The position numbers were made by a program, and so were the translations under genes. A stretch of 64,000 nucleotides of DNA from Squalus acanthias (Eukaryota): positions 112,904,001 through 112,968,000 of the forward strand of contig CM059432.1 in assembly GCA_030390025.1 (NCBI GenBank), read 5' to 3'. The stretch's first letter is position 1; each line of letters begins with the position of its first letter. Below the pieces are notes generated by a model, which saw only the letters and a program-made list of their open reading frames with translations, searched no databases and was not told the origin of the DNA. Below are positions 37,870 to 49,592 of the stretch, one piece after another.

Positions 37870-38006
37870 ATTAAAGTCTATGTTTAAATTGTGAATTCTG
37901 GGAGATTCTCTCACTGCTAACTTACCTGAGGAAGGAGCGACAGCTCCGAAAGCTTGTAAAATTAAATAAATCTGTTGGACTATAACCTGGTGTTGTGCGA
38001 CTTCTC
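37870..38006 (+). mobile_element. Penelope-like element terminal (pLTR) fragment
   Basis: ctgaggaaggagc...gctccgaaagcttg...aataaatctgttggactataacctggtgttgtg resembles a typical elasmobranch Penelope end, with AATAAA after the hammerhead. Family assignment is by recall. Confidence 0.7.
37922..37959 (+). ncRNA. Minimal type I hammerhead ribozyme motif
   Basis: Stem I TTAC/GTAA, core CTGAGGA (37926-37932) plus an extra A, stem II GGAGC-gaca-GCTCC, GAAA (37948-37951), palindromic stem III (A)AGCT(T). Confidence 0.7.
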
Positions 38007-38024
38007 ATCTATATTAAAGAAGGT

Positions 38025-38621
38025 AAAGCTGAAATTCCCGGGTTGTGGGAGGGTGCAAAAGGAGATATCTGCCGGCGTGGGGGGCAGAAATTTGATTCCT
38101 CCCCATTCAAAGTTCTGCCTTAAATTCCATTTGGGGGGGAGGGAGAGTGGAGTCTTCCACCCCTCTTCCTACATCATGAGGGTTTGTCTGGAGAACTCCT
38201 GGTGTCCCCGGGAATTATGCCTTTATAAGGCCTCAATGCAACTATTGCTAGCTGAGAGCTGGCGTGAATTCCTTTGGAAATGTCCCAGGCTTTATCCAGG
38301 CTTGGGTATTAATTCACTGAAGAGATTGATTATCTTTTTTTTCAACTGCTATATGGCTCCCTTAGGAGCTGAAGAACTACTAAAATGTTTTCTTCAGCTC
38401 AGGAAGGGGCTCGGGTTCCCCTTAATGGAGTGGCTATGGGCCACTCCACCTTCTGCTGCTGGATCAGGACAGGCGTCTTTGATGCACTCTTACAGGTGCC
38501 TGCCCTGCTCAAATATGTCTAGGGCTCAAATTAGGACAGGGTCAGTGGCCATCAAGGGTGGATGGGAGTTCCACTCTCTTGCACTTCTGCTGGCAGAGAG
38601 GGACTCCTGGAATTTTGAGCC
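38025..38621. mobile_element. Old Harbinger-like MITE
   Basis: Ends gctgaaattcccggg and ctggaattttgagcc. The left subterminal resembles the reverse complement of 32290-32341. Confidence 0.45.
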
Positions 38622-40109
38622 TAGTCTGTATTGGAGAGGGTTAATGCACATATTCACAATTCTTGATGAGCAATAACTTAGTTGAAGAAAGAAGCTTGTG
38701 CGATTTCCAAAGTGTGCACATGTGTGCACGGTGAAAAATGCATTAAGGTGACAAAAGGTATATCATCTTTACTGATCTATATTGGAACATTAAGGAAATA
38801 TAGTCAGGTAGTCTCCATATCATTGTACTATGGTATTCTTTTGAAAGCCTAGTTAAGGAATTGGAGCACAGCTTAAAAGGGGCCTGGTTGTCTTTGCGTG
38901 TGTGTGTTTATATACAGAGTAAGGTGAAAAGTAATTTTTGTAACTGCTTATAATACTCTGACCTGTTACCAGAGCAACTGATCTCTCGGCAGAAAAGCCT
39001 TTCCATCACTGAGTACCAGAGCAATCTTGAAGCATTCAGAGAATAGTTCAAATGGTCTGTCGACAAGTTAAATATTCCTGATGACCCTTTATTGCTTCCT
39101 AAATCTTTAATGCTCACTCCCTCTTTTAGTCATGCTACTTCCAAACACGTTAATTTCACATCCGCAAGCAGACAGACAGACACGCACACATCTTATGCTA
39201 AACTTCTTTTGGACACACTGGGATTGGTGTAAATGTGAAACTTTAGTCGGCTCTAGATGTGTTGTGATGCATGTATAGTTCCATCTAGTGGCAGGAGGAG
39301 GGGTTGGTGCTACCACTTTGCATACTTGTAAAACCCAGCAGAGAAAGCTGGACTCCGGAAAAACTGCCACTGGCTTTCCAGAGTAACCCTGGGGTTCTCG
39401 ACAGCCACATGATTCATGCATTCCATTACCAATAAGTCATCATTGTGGATAAACTATAGATGACTCGCTCCCTTGCACTAGCTGCATGATTAACTGTTTG
39501 GTGAAACATTGTGTTTTGCAAAGGGAGAAGGTCTCTGAATGAGTCTCATCACAACATCACACACAATTCTAAAAGAGTGTGTTTCACTGTGATTTATATC
39601 CCTTAATTATTTTTTAAATAATGTAAAAATGTTTGCCTGATACTCTAAAAGTGCGATTAAAGTTGGAAATCAAGATAAAGGAAAGAAACAAATAGCAAAC
39701 TTGAGTGTTCAAGGGGACAAAACACACTACCTAGGACACTAACTGGCCTCTGTTTGGTCCCAGGTCATTAAGTTACTTTATAGTTATGCTTCATCAAGAG
39801 TCATAAGTCAGATGAGTGGTGACATTCCCAGACTTGTAGCCCATCTCAATCTAGTGCCCTGGCTCTCCTGCAGGAAAGAAATTCTTCTAATACGGCAGTT
39901 CTATCTCTCATATCAGTGTGAAACCCTTGTCTACTGAACTTCCTTTGCACTACAAACATTTTCCATCGCCTAACACCAGCAAAAAATAAATTCTTCTGTT
40001 GTTCAAACTGTCGAATGCCTATTATTAAAAAAATAGAAATGCACAAGTATAGGCACCCACAGGGCACTGCTGGTGTAATGCAGTTACGTTGGAACTGGGA
40101 TGCATTAAT

Positions 40110-41018
40110 GGCCCTGAATTCGTTGTCGGCGGCGTAGCTAAGAAGTTCGCCGCCCACATCGGAACAAAATCCGCACTGACCTCGTGCGAACCCCCCTTCG
40201 AAATGTTGCTTTCAGATGCTGCAGAGTTGTGCGCAGCATAGTGGCCCACGGATCCCAGGGGCTCATCTTTCACTTCCTGACTCTTAGCCAATCAAGAAAC
40301 AGAGGAGATTGCTGATTTGCCCACAACTCATTTTAAATAATTTAACAGCCAAAAATGATTTTATTAATAAATTATGATCATTGAAATAGTATTTAATACA
40401 CAAACCAAGATTATAATACACAAACCTATAATTACAGTCTTACAGTCCTATCGACTTCATTTCACCTCTATTGGACTAACTAACTTAATTTAAATAATCT
40501 AAAATCAAGTTTTTAAATGTCTGATAACATGAGGAAAACATGAAAGTGAATGAAATCCTATCTAAATAGAAGTTGGGAAATGATTAAACCAAAACTACAA
40601 AAGGCTTTTGGGCAGCAAAGACGATGACACAAAAAGACCCTGTTTTCAAACTCGAACAAGTGAAGTTTCTTTCAAAGTTTGTAAACGCTCAGACGTGAAC
40701 CAGTGCCTCATTGTTATGGGCTGTAGCATAAACTAATACAATTTTCTCATCTCCCCCCACCTTACGCTATGCAACAGGCTCCTGCGCCTGTTTTCACCAG
40801 ACGTAAAAAAATTTCAGGGTAATTAACCACGTTGATTTGAATGGGTAGGTGAAACGTGCAGTGAAGCCGATGCGCAGTCGGAACTTGACAGATCGCAGGT
40901 TCGGGATTTAGCACATGCACAAGCGCATGCAGAAATCCCAAACTTGAAGTCAATTTCAAAGGTGGTATGACAGCGTACACTGAGAGTACGCCGCCATACC
41001 GACCACAAATTCAGGGCC
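40110..41018. mobile_element. Harbinger-like MITE, ~909 bp
   Basis: TIRs ggccctgaattcgttgtcgg and ccgaccacaaattcagggcc (11-bp perfect outer match), flanks aat/att, AT-rich core. Confidence 0.75.
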
Positions 41019-41112
41019 ATTATATCTAACTCTAGTCACCTATGCACTGGAGGGAAATGATGTGAGTGGCATGATCACCCCAGGTATATATGTATATAGC
41101 TTTGTATGTATA

Positions 41113-41830
41113 CAGCACTGAAACAGCCCTAATCAAAGTCACAAATGACAGCCTCTGTGACTGTGACCATGGTGCACTATCCCTCCTCATCCTTCTCAAC
41201 TCGCTGCAGCCTTTGACATGGTTGACCACACCATCCTCTCCAACACCTCTCCTCCGTTGTCCAGCTGAGTGGGACTGCCCTCGCTTGGTTCCACTCCTAC
41301 CTATCCCGTCGCAGCCAGGGAATCTCTTGCAATGGCTTCTCTTCCCGCCCCCATACCATTACTTCTGGAGTCCTCCTCTGCTACTTCTCATCCACATGCT
41401 GCCCCTCAGCGAAATTATCGAAAAACATGACGTCAGGTTCCACATGTATGCTGGCAGCACCCAGCTCTACCTCAACACTACCTCCCTCGACCCTCCACTG
41501 CCTCTGTGTTGTCTTTTTGCTTGTCCAACATCCAGTCCTGGATGAGCTGCAATTTCCTCCAATTAAACGTTGGGAAGACCAAATTGTCTTCGGCCCCTGC
41601 CACTAACTCTGTTACCTCGCTAACTATTGCATCCCCCACCATGGCCACTGTCTCAGGCTGAACCATGCTGTTAGCAACCTCAGCATCCTATTTGATTCTG
41701 AGCTGAGCATCTGACCACATATCCTCTCCATCACAAAAATCGCCTACTTCCACCTCCATAACATCGCCCGTCTCCGCCCCTGTCTCAGCTCATCTACTGC
41801 TGAAACTCTCATGCCTTTGTTATCTCCAGG
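41113..41830 (+). mobile_element. L2-clade LINE fragment
   Basis: STETALIKVTND...RFHMYAGSTQLYL, homologous to 30625-31370. Confidence 0.85.
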
Positions 41831-41834
41831 CAGG

Positions 41835-42206
41835 AGGGTCAGTAACCAGAGGACACAGATTTAATATAATTAGCAAAAGTAGCGGGGGGCAGGGGGGGTG
41901 GGGGATCATAGAATGATACAGCACAGAAGGAGGCCAGTCAGCCCATCGTGCCTGTGCCGGCTCTTTGAAAGATGATGAGAGTTTTTTTACTCAGTGAGCT
42001 GTTATGGTTAGGAATACACAAAAGGGCGGTGGAAGCACATTCAATAGTAACTCTCAAAAGGGAATTGGATAAATATTTGAAAAGGAAAAAATGCAGGGCT
42101 ATGGGGAAAGAGCGGGGGGCGTGGGATTAATTGGAGAGCTCTTTCAACGAACCGGCACAGGCACGATGGGCCAAATGGCCTCCTTCTGTGCTGTATCATT
42201 CTATGA
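41835..42206 (+). mobile_element. CR1 3' fragment containing an inverted copy of its own tail (41906-41971)
   Basis: accagaggacacagattt (TRGHRF), tttttactcag, gggaattggataaatatttg, then tail ...ctgtgctgtatcattctatga. The reverse-complement tail tcatagaatgatacagcacagaaggaggcc is at 41906. Confidence 0.75.
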
Positions 42207-42338
42207 AAATTGTTTGTGTCGATTAGTGTTTGTACATTTTAGCGTTTAGTAGTTGTCTGTAGTTTAGTAATGATAACTTGTGTATATTTTTTGTGCTTAT
42301 GCGGTTTGTGTGCATAGTTTAGAACGCATAGCTTAGTA

Positions 42339-42670
42339 CAGGAAACTTTCGTTTATCCGGCACCCTAATATCCGGAATTCTCGCTTAACCGGCAAAAATC
42401 AGGTAAGTTTTATTATACAGACAAGACCCCGATTCTGACCTTTCGCCCCCACGAAAGGGGGGTCAACGTTCTTCCGACTCCGACCTGTCGCCGCCACGGA
42501 GGAAAAAGCCGGAGTCTCGTTTACCTTCCCTCTCCGGGTCCCAATTGTTCAGCCTGTGGCCGTGTACGGGGCTCTCGTACCTTGGTAAGTATACCTCTCT
42601 GTAATCCGGCACTTTCGATCAACCGGCACCACGCCGGTCCCGTCGGTGCCGGATAAACGAAAGTTTCCTG
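42339..42670. mobile_element. Young Tc1/mariner (pogo/Tigger-like) MITE, 332 bp
   Basis: Perfect 26-bp TIRs caggaaactttcgtttatccggcacc, TA duplication at 42337-42338 and 42671-42672. Confidence 0.9.
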
Positions 42671-42752
42671 TATATGCATTTGTACCTTTTAGTTAGTTGA
42701 TTATAGTTTGCAGAGTTTAGTGTTAGTTAATTATAGTTTATATAGTTTAGTA

Positions 42753-42985
42753 CAAAAACATAAATGCTGGAAACACTTATGAGATCAGGCAGCATCTATC
42801 GTGAGAATACAAGTCAACATTTCGGGTATTGAATCCTTTCTTAGAACTCGAGTGCTGAGGAAGGGCTTCATATCAAAGACATCGACTAGTGTTCTCTCAA
42901 CAGAGGCTGCCTGACCTGCTGAGTGTTTCCCGTATTTTCTGTTTTAGTTTTAAATTTCCAACATCTGCAGTATTTTGCTTTTTCT
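42753..42985. mobile_element. Inverted pair of Penelope-like terminal fragments
   Basis: aaatgctggaaacac...tcaggcagcatct pairs with agaggctgcctgacctgctgagtgtttccc. Degenerate hammerhead cores on both strands. Confidence 0.6.
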
Positions 42986-43769
42986 TTATGTTTGCTAGTT
43001 TAGTATTTGTCTGTGCAATATATTGTATATAATTTTTCTTTATTCTATAGATTAATGTTTTTTCAGTAAATATTTAACTGTTGATCTCCTCCCTATATTT
43101 ATTTATTTAAAAACTATTGCTTGCTAATATATCCTTATTTAGTGCGTTCTTTGTGCTTAGCCTCAATTTTCTTGGGCAATTGTACTGTGTTGACACAAGA
43201 TGGAATCCCTTGGAGTGTCTGCGCTTCTTATCACTGGCATCTCTTGGATCAGTCTATTTTGGAATTGATCATGGATTGTCCAAGTCTTCACCAACTATTT
43301 ACTAAACCTGCATTGTAAAGAACCAAAGTTACCCCATGATTGGTCTCTGAACACGTCTCATTAACACCAATGATAAGAACTGATTGCTTACCAGAGGTAT
43401 CCCTATGACTTGCACCCACGCTCCACTGATGGCTCCACAGAGGAGCCTGGTAAATATGAATACTTCAAAAAGTTATAGCTTGAAAAAAGAAATAAATGAA
43501 TGGAGGTGATCTTTGGATATAGCATTTATACAGTTTAGCAGTATATGTGTTGTAAGTGACAGCATGCATTTCTATATTGATATATCTGCGTGGTATTTGG
43601 AAGATCTCAATCATCAACCAAATCAGTGTCCAAAGGCACATGGGCAGCAGTCCCTCCACTCCCAGAATCGCTTTCACAATGTTACTCATCCCGAGACTCC
43701 TTCCTAGATTGATCCCAGTTTAGAATCCCTTGTGTAGAACATGCCACCTCAGATCCCTCTTGTAGTAAA

Positions 43770-43935
43770 AGGAAAAGACTTGCATTTATATAATGCCTTT
43801 CACAACCTCAGGATATACCAAAGCTCTTTACAGCCAATGAAGTACTTTTGAAGTTTAGTCACTGTTGCAATATAGGGAAACGCGGCAGCCAATTTGCACA
43901 CAGCAATGAGATAAAGACCAGATAATCTGTTTAGG
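43770..43935 (-). mobile_element. Deu-SINE 3' part
   Basis: Matches 16690-16865. Confidence 0.8.
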
Positions 43936-43944
43936 TGTTTTTTT

Positions 43945-45091
43945 CAATTCATTCTTGGATGGGTACGTCGCTAGCAAGGCCAGAATTTATTGCCCATCCC
44001 TAGTTGCCGTTGAGAAGGTGGTGGTGGTGACCAGCCTTCTTGAACCGCTGCAGTCCCTGTGGTGAAAGTACTCCCACAGTGCTGTTAGGGAGGGAGTTCC
44101 AGAATTTTGACCCAGCGACAATGAAGGAACAGCAATATATTTCCAAGTCAGGATGGTGTGGGACTTGGAGGTGATGATTTTCCCATGCGCCTGCTGTCCT
44201 TGTCCTTCTTGGTGGTAGATTTGGGAGGTGCTGCTGAAGAGGCCTTGGTGAGTTGCTGCAGTGCATCTTGTAGATGGTACACACTGCAGACACGGTGCAC
44301 CGGTGGTGGAGGGAGTGAATGTTTACGGTGGCGGATGGGGTGCTGATCAAGCAGACTGCTTCGTCCTGGATGAGTGTCAAGCTTCCTGAGTATTGTTGCA
44401 ATTGCACCCATCCAGGCAAGTGGAGAGTATTCCATCACACTCCTGACTTGTGTCTTGTAGGTGATGGAGAGGCTTTGGGGGGTCATGAGGTGAGCCACTC
44501 GCCACAGAATACCCAGCCTCTGACCTGCTCTAGTAGACACGGTATTTATGTGACTGATCCAGTTAAGTTTCTGGTCAATGGTGACCCCCAGGATGTTGAT
44601 GGTGGGGGATTCGTCGATGATAATGTCGTTGAATGCCATGGGGAAGTAGTTAGATCCTCTTGTCGGAGATGGTCATTGCCTGACACTTGTGTGGCGCGAA
44701 TGTTACTTGCCACTTATCAGCCTAAGCCTGGATGCGGGCATCAACTGCTTCATTATCTGAAGAATTGCGAATGGAATTGAATACTGCAATCATCAGCGAG
44801 CATCCCCATTTCTGACCTTATGATGGAGGGAAAGTCATTGATGAACCAGCTGAAATGGTTGGGCCTAGGACACTGCCCTGAGGAACTCCTGCAGCAATGT
44901 CCTGGGGCTGAGCCGATTGGCCTCCAACAACCACAACCATCTTCCTTTGTGTTAGGTATGACTCTTGCCACTGGAGTGTTTTCCTCCTGATCCCCATTGA
45001 CTTCAGTTTTACTAGGGCTCCTTGGTGCCACACTCGGTTGAATGCTGTCTTGATGTCAAGGGCAGTCACTCTCACTTCTGGAATTCAGCTC
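43945..45091 (-). mobile_element. 5'-truncated CR1-group LINE (RT pseudogene)
   Basis: ALDIKTAFNRVWHQG, GVPQGSVLGP, LADDC, ILGVTIDQKLNW, VRSVMEYSPLAWMG, with frameshifts. Confidence 0.88.
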
Positions 45092-45720
45092 CACTCTCTG
45101 ACCCCCGTCCTGTAACACACTCACTCTCTGACCCCTGTCCTGTAACACACTCACTCTCTGACCCCCGTCCTGTAACACGCTCACTCTCTGACCCCCGTCC
45201 TGTAACACACTCACTCTCTGACCCCCGTCCTGTAACACACTCACTCTCTGACCCCCGTCCTGTAACACACTCACTCTCTGACCCCCGTCCTGTAACACAC
45301 TCACTCTCTGACCCCCGTCCTGTAACACACTCACTCTCTGACCCCCGTCCTGTAACACGCTCACTCTCTGAGCCCCCGTCCTGTAACACGCTCACTCTCT
45401 GACCCCGTCCTGTAACACACTCACTCTCTGACCCCCGTCCTGTAACACACTCACTCTCTGACCCCCGTCCTGTAACACACTCACTCTCTGACCCCCGTCC
45501 TGTAACACACTCACTCTCTGACCCCTGTCCTGTAACACACTCACTCTCTGACCCCCGTCCTGTAACACGCTCACTCTCTGACCCCCGTCCTGTAACACAC
45601 TCACTCTCTGACCCCTATTCTGTAACACACTCACTCTCTGACCCCTGTCCTGTAACACACTCACTCTCTGACCCCCGTCCTGTAACACGCTCACTCTCTG
45701 ACCCCTATTCTGTAACACTC
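45092..45720. repeat. 30-bp minisatellite, ~21 units (tcactctctgacccccgtcctgtaacacac)
   Basis: Directly visible, highly homogeneous tandem array. Confidence 0.97.
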
Positions 45721-47413
45721 TATAATTCCTCTGTAGTACACCCACAATCGGACTCCCACCATATCACAGCCCACTTTAAGGCTTTGTCCTTTGGCATTCT
45801 ACGACTCTCTCCGTGGTACTCCCACCCTACTTGTAGTATTTTCCACTCTTGGATCCCCTCACTCTCAACTCACTTTTTTAGTCCACTTTATTGTCAGATG
45901 CTGTGTAGCATATCCCTCTCTTGCAACTGCCTATCCTCGCTCCTATAGCTTTCGCCACGCTCACATCCCATCTTGTAGTACAGTGCACTTTCAGACTACT
46001 CTAACGTGGTTTTCCTGACCCCATTAGGTAGCATAATTGACTGTCAGACCCCCCCCTTCCAAAGCAAAAGCCATTCTAAGAAGCACCTGTTGTCGCATGC
46101 TCCATTCTCAGACTCTCTACCTTAGTGTTCCTCACTGCTAGACCTCAACCTATAGCACATCCTACTGTCAAATACTATCATGCAGTTTATCCAGTCATAT
46201 CTCTTGTAAGCATGCGTGCACACACATTTTATATATATGAAATTAGTGTGTATATATATATATATATGAAAAATATTTAAAAAAACATAAACAGATCCAC
46301 GAGACAACTCCAAATGGGAAAGATGTTAAGTTTTTCCAGAATCGCAGATTCTCAAGTTGTTTCATAAACCTTCCAGCTAGAAATTTTTATTTAATGAACA
46401 AGCTTTTAATTAACATTTGACAAAAAAATAAACTAAAACATGGGGAACGTCATAGTTGAATTATCTGTAGTCCGCTGTAGCTGGGCTCTTTTATGAGTGC
46501 TTTTCTGAAGCAGCTGGCCTTTTGTTTCTCTTTAATTCCTCTATTGTTTTGAGGAAATGTAAAAGCCCTTCATTCTTTTATCAGGTACTTTGCAGGAGGA
46601 TTTCAACAATCTCCCCATTTTCACTGGAGTAGAAGTTTGCAAGCCACATAAAACACAAGTGATGGACACATTGAGATTAAATGGTTTTCTGTGGCGGTGC
46701 GAGCACCCAGCAAATGAGTTTCACCAACAACAATAAGTAATCACTGCAGAGAAGAGATGATTGACAATAGGTTCATTTGTTTGTTCAATAATGATAAGTT
46801 TGTGTGGCTGGTAATCGCCAATAATCAATTCTAACTCTTAATACGCATGTATTGGCAAATCCTCCTACCTAAAGCATACTTTTAGTTTGCCTTGCTGTTG
46901 TGAAGAGGACATAGAATGGACTATTTTGCAAGCTGCAGCCATGTTCAGGAGCATAGTGTAATTTCCATCAAATATTGATGTTCATTGTGGTTTTCTATAT
47001 TTCACGGGGACTAATATTTTGTTTGGACTCCTGTGTTTTATTCAGATTAATGGAAGTTTCATAAAAATGAACTTGTATTTCATCCAGTGCTTTTATTTAG
47101 GTTTTCTCCTTTAAGAAAACAGCAAATCAAAGGAATAATAATGATCCTAATACTTGTCATCACAGTAAAATTAAAGGTTTGACGGGAGGATGCAATCACA
47201 GGATGGCGTACAGTGCCAGTCACTTATATTAGGCTGCTGCAGCACTCGTTTCTCCGCCCTGAATGGGTATCATTGCCTTATGCAAGATGTAATGTAGAGG
47301 AAAGTTGGGGTTTCCAGAGTCGGGTGGGGCGGTGGGGAGTGAATCACCAGTGGAGTTGGAGAGGGCTGCGATCCAAAATAGGAGGTCGAGAAGGGTTGGG
47401 GAGTCAAGAATTA

Positions 47414-47523
47414 GGAAGATCAGCTGTGGAGTCAGGAATGGCCATGGAGCTAGGCCTTTGGAAGATCAGCTGTGGAGTCAGGAATGGCCATGGAGCTAGG
47501 CCTTTGGAAGATCAGCTGTGGAG
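47414..47523. repeat. 46-bp tandem duplication (~2.4 copies)
   Basis: ggaagatcagctgtggagtcaggaatggccatggagctaggccttt repeated exactly. Confidence 0.9.
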
Positions 47524-47562
47524 CTAGGGAGGGCTGAGAGAGGAAAGAATGAGAGAGCCAGT

Positions 47563-49592
47563 GGCCTAGAAGTTCGATTGCGCTGCACCTATTTTACAGG
47601 CGTAGAGCAGGTGCCTAAGCGCACGTATGTTTATTCCATGCTGGAAAAGTGCTGCCCACCACATTGGATCGGGCTTCTCCATAGGCATGCAGGGTGTACA
47701 CTGGAATTATTAAATTGCTCATTAGAATATTTAAATCAGGGTCCTATGCGAGTTGTAAGACCCTGTTTTGAAATTGATCTTCTCCAGTGCCAGCCTCGCC
47801 ACATGATAAACTCGCCCAGAAAACCATGACACTAACAGGCAGCAAGGACCCTGCAGGAGTGCTATTTAAAGGCCTCAGCCACTCCATACAGCTTCATTGC
47901 TGGTTTGTCTTCTTAGGCTGCTGGTTAATTTCTGGCCTTTTATTTGGCTATTTACTGTGTTCAAAAACTCAATTCTGACTTCTGCTAACAATTTTTTGTT
48001 GGTGCTAGACTGCTTTTGTCTGCTTTGAAAACAGTTTTATTGCAGTTATGGGTGGCCTGGTAGGGCTGCCTTTGGGGCTGGAGGAGGAGGAGAGCAGCGA
48101 AGAAGACAGGAGAGAGCTGGAGCAGCTGGGAGAGGAGGAAAGAGGAGGGCACGGTGCAGGAGGGCCATACCCACAGCGGGTCTTCAGGGAGCACTTCTTA
48201 TACCTCCACTTCACCGAGGAGCAATGTATGAGGTGCCTTCACTTCACCAAGGAGGCTGTCACAGAGCTGTGTCACCTGCTAAAGCCACAAATTGAACCGT
48301 ATGGGCAGCACTGCCTGAAGACGCACCTGAAGACCCCTCCTCTAGCCTACTCTCTAAAGTACGTTTGATGCCAGTCTCTGAGCTGGTGCATGATAGAGTC
48401 TGCTCAGGTCATACTGCTTCTTCAGGAAGGCTGGCTTCCTCTTCTTGAAGTGGAACAGGGGCCTTGAAATTTTCAGCACCTAAAATGAAAGAGAGGGACA
48501 AGAGTTAGCCTTTAATATGAAGAGAGCGCAGCAAGAGATGCATGGCTGCTGGAAGCAGCTGCAGTTCGACATGCAGTGTGTGTGGGGTGTGATTGAACTA
48601 AGAAGGGAAAAACAGAGTAAGGTGCAAAGAAACCTCCGTGACATCTCCTCCAGCGTCGCCACTCACCACAATCAGGACTCTCTCCCTGCCTGTGATGGCC
48701 AGAATGTGTGCAGACAAGCTCGGCCTCCTCCGGTGGCAGCTTCCTGGCACAGGTTGTGCACGACGTTCTCCTGCTAGAAAGAAAGGAGCGTGTTAGTGAC
48801 ATACTTGTGTGGTGGTTTGAGAATGTGCTTGCCATGGTCAAATAGTTTGAATGTTGTGTGGAAAATATGAGGTGTGGGGAAGGGAGGGTTGCAATAGTAG
48901 TGTGAGTAGGAGTAGGAGGAGAACAAGGTGGAGTGAAATATGATTGTCGGAGAGTGGGGGAGGGGAGTGTTGTGAATGGTGTGGCTGCAGGTGTGAGGAG
49001 AGAGTAATTGAGGTGCGAGATAAGATTCTTACCTTGACAACTCTGGTGAGATTATTGAACTTTTGCAGTATTGCAGCCATGCCCTGGTAGTTAAGCCCCT
49101 GGCATTGACCGCCTCAGTGACCTCTTCCCACTGGTGGTAGAGGTTTTGCCTAGAGGGCTTTCTGGCCCCTGGGAGTAGGTGTAGGAGGGGAGTGGGGCAG
49201 GGCAGGGCAGGATCTCCCTCCTTCTATTGATAACCTGGACCAGGGCCTCCAAAGCGGCATCCGCAAATCTGGGTGCCCGCTCTGTACCTCTTTTAGCCCT
49301 TTTGCAAACACCATTTCCCTGCTGTCTGTAGCCAGAGAGCACCTCCCTTGAAGTGATGCTGGCTGCCTTTCAGTGGCATCAGTGAAGCCCCATTTCCTGC
49401 CCCTCCCCCCTCCACTCCAAACAGGCATGCAGCCAATAAGCAGCGCGCGGGTAGCACTGGCTACATCCAGGCTCATTATAATGAGCTCCCTGCGTGAAAT
49501 TCATGTTGTCCTTGTGCCCACGTGAACAGGCGCATGCAGCCCCCCCCCCCCCCCGTGTGGCCCATTTTCAGGCGCGATCAAATTGATCGGCC
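47563..49592 (+). mobile_element. PIF/Harbinger copy D (related to copy C), large internal deletion
   Basis: Left end ggcctagaagttcgattgc resembles copy C. Transposase N-terminus at 48048-~48295 (GPYPQRVFREHFLYLHFTEEQCMRCLHFTKEAVTELCHLL). Myb exon on minus (RAPRFADAALEALVQVINRRREIL...QKFNNLTRVVK|gtaaga, donor at 49032). Confidence 0.85.

Noticed and set aside
37975..38676. 233-aa ORF
   Set aside because: Starts at TTG, spans a Penelope end and an old MITE, and has no recognisable domain.
45022..45745. ORFs with 10-aa repeats (SDPRPVTHSL, VSVLQDGGQR)
   Set aside because: These are simple translations of the 30-bp minisatellite, open in several frames on both strands.
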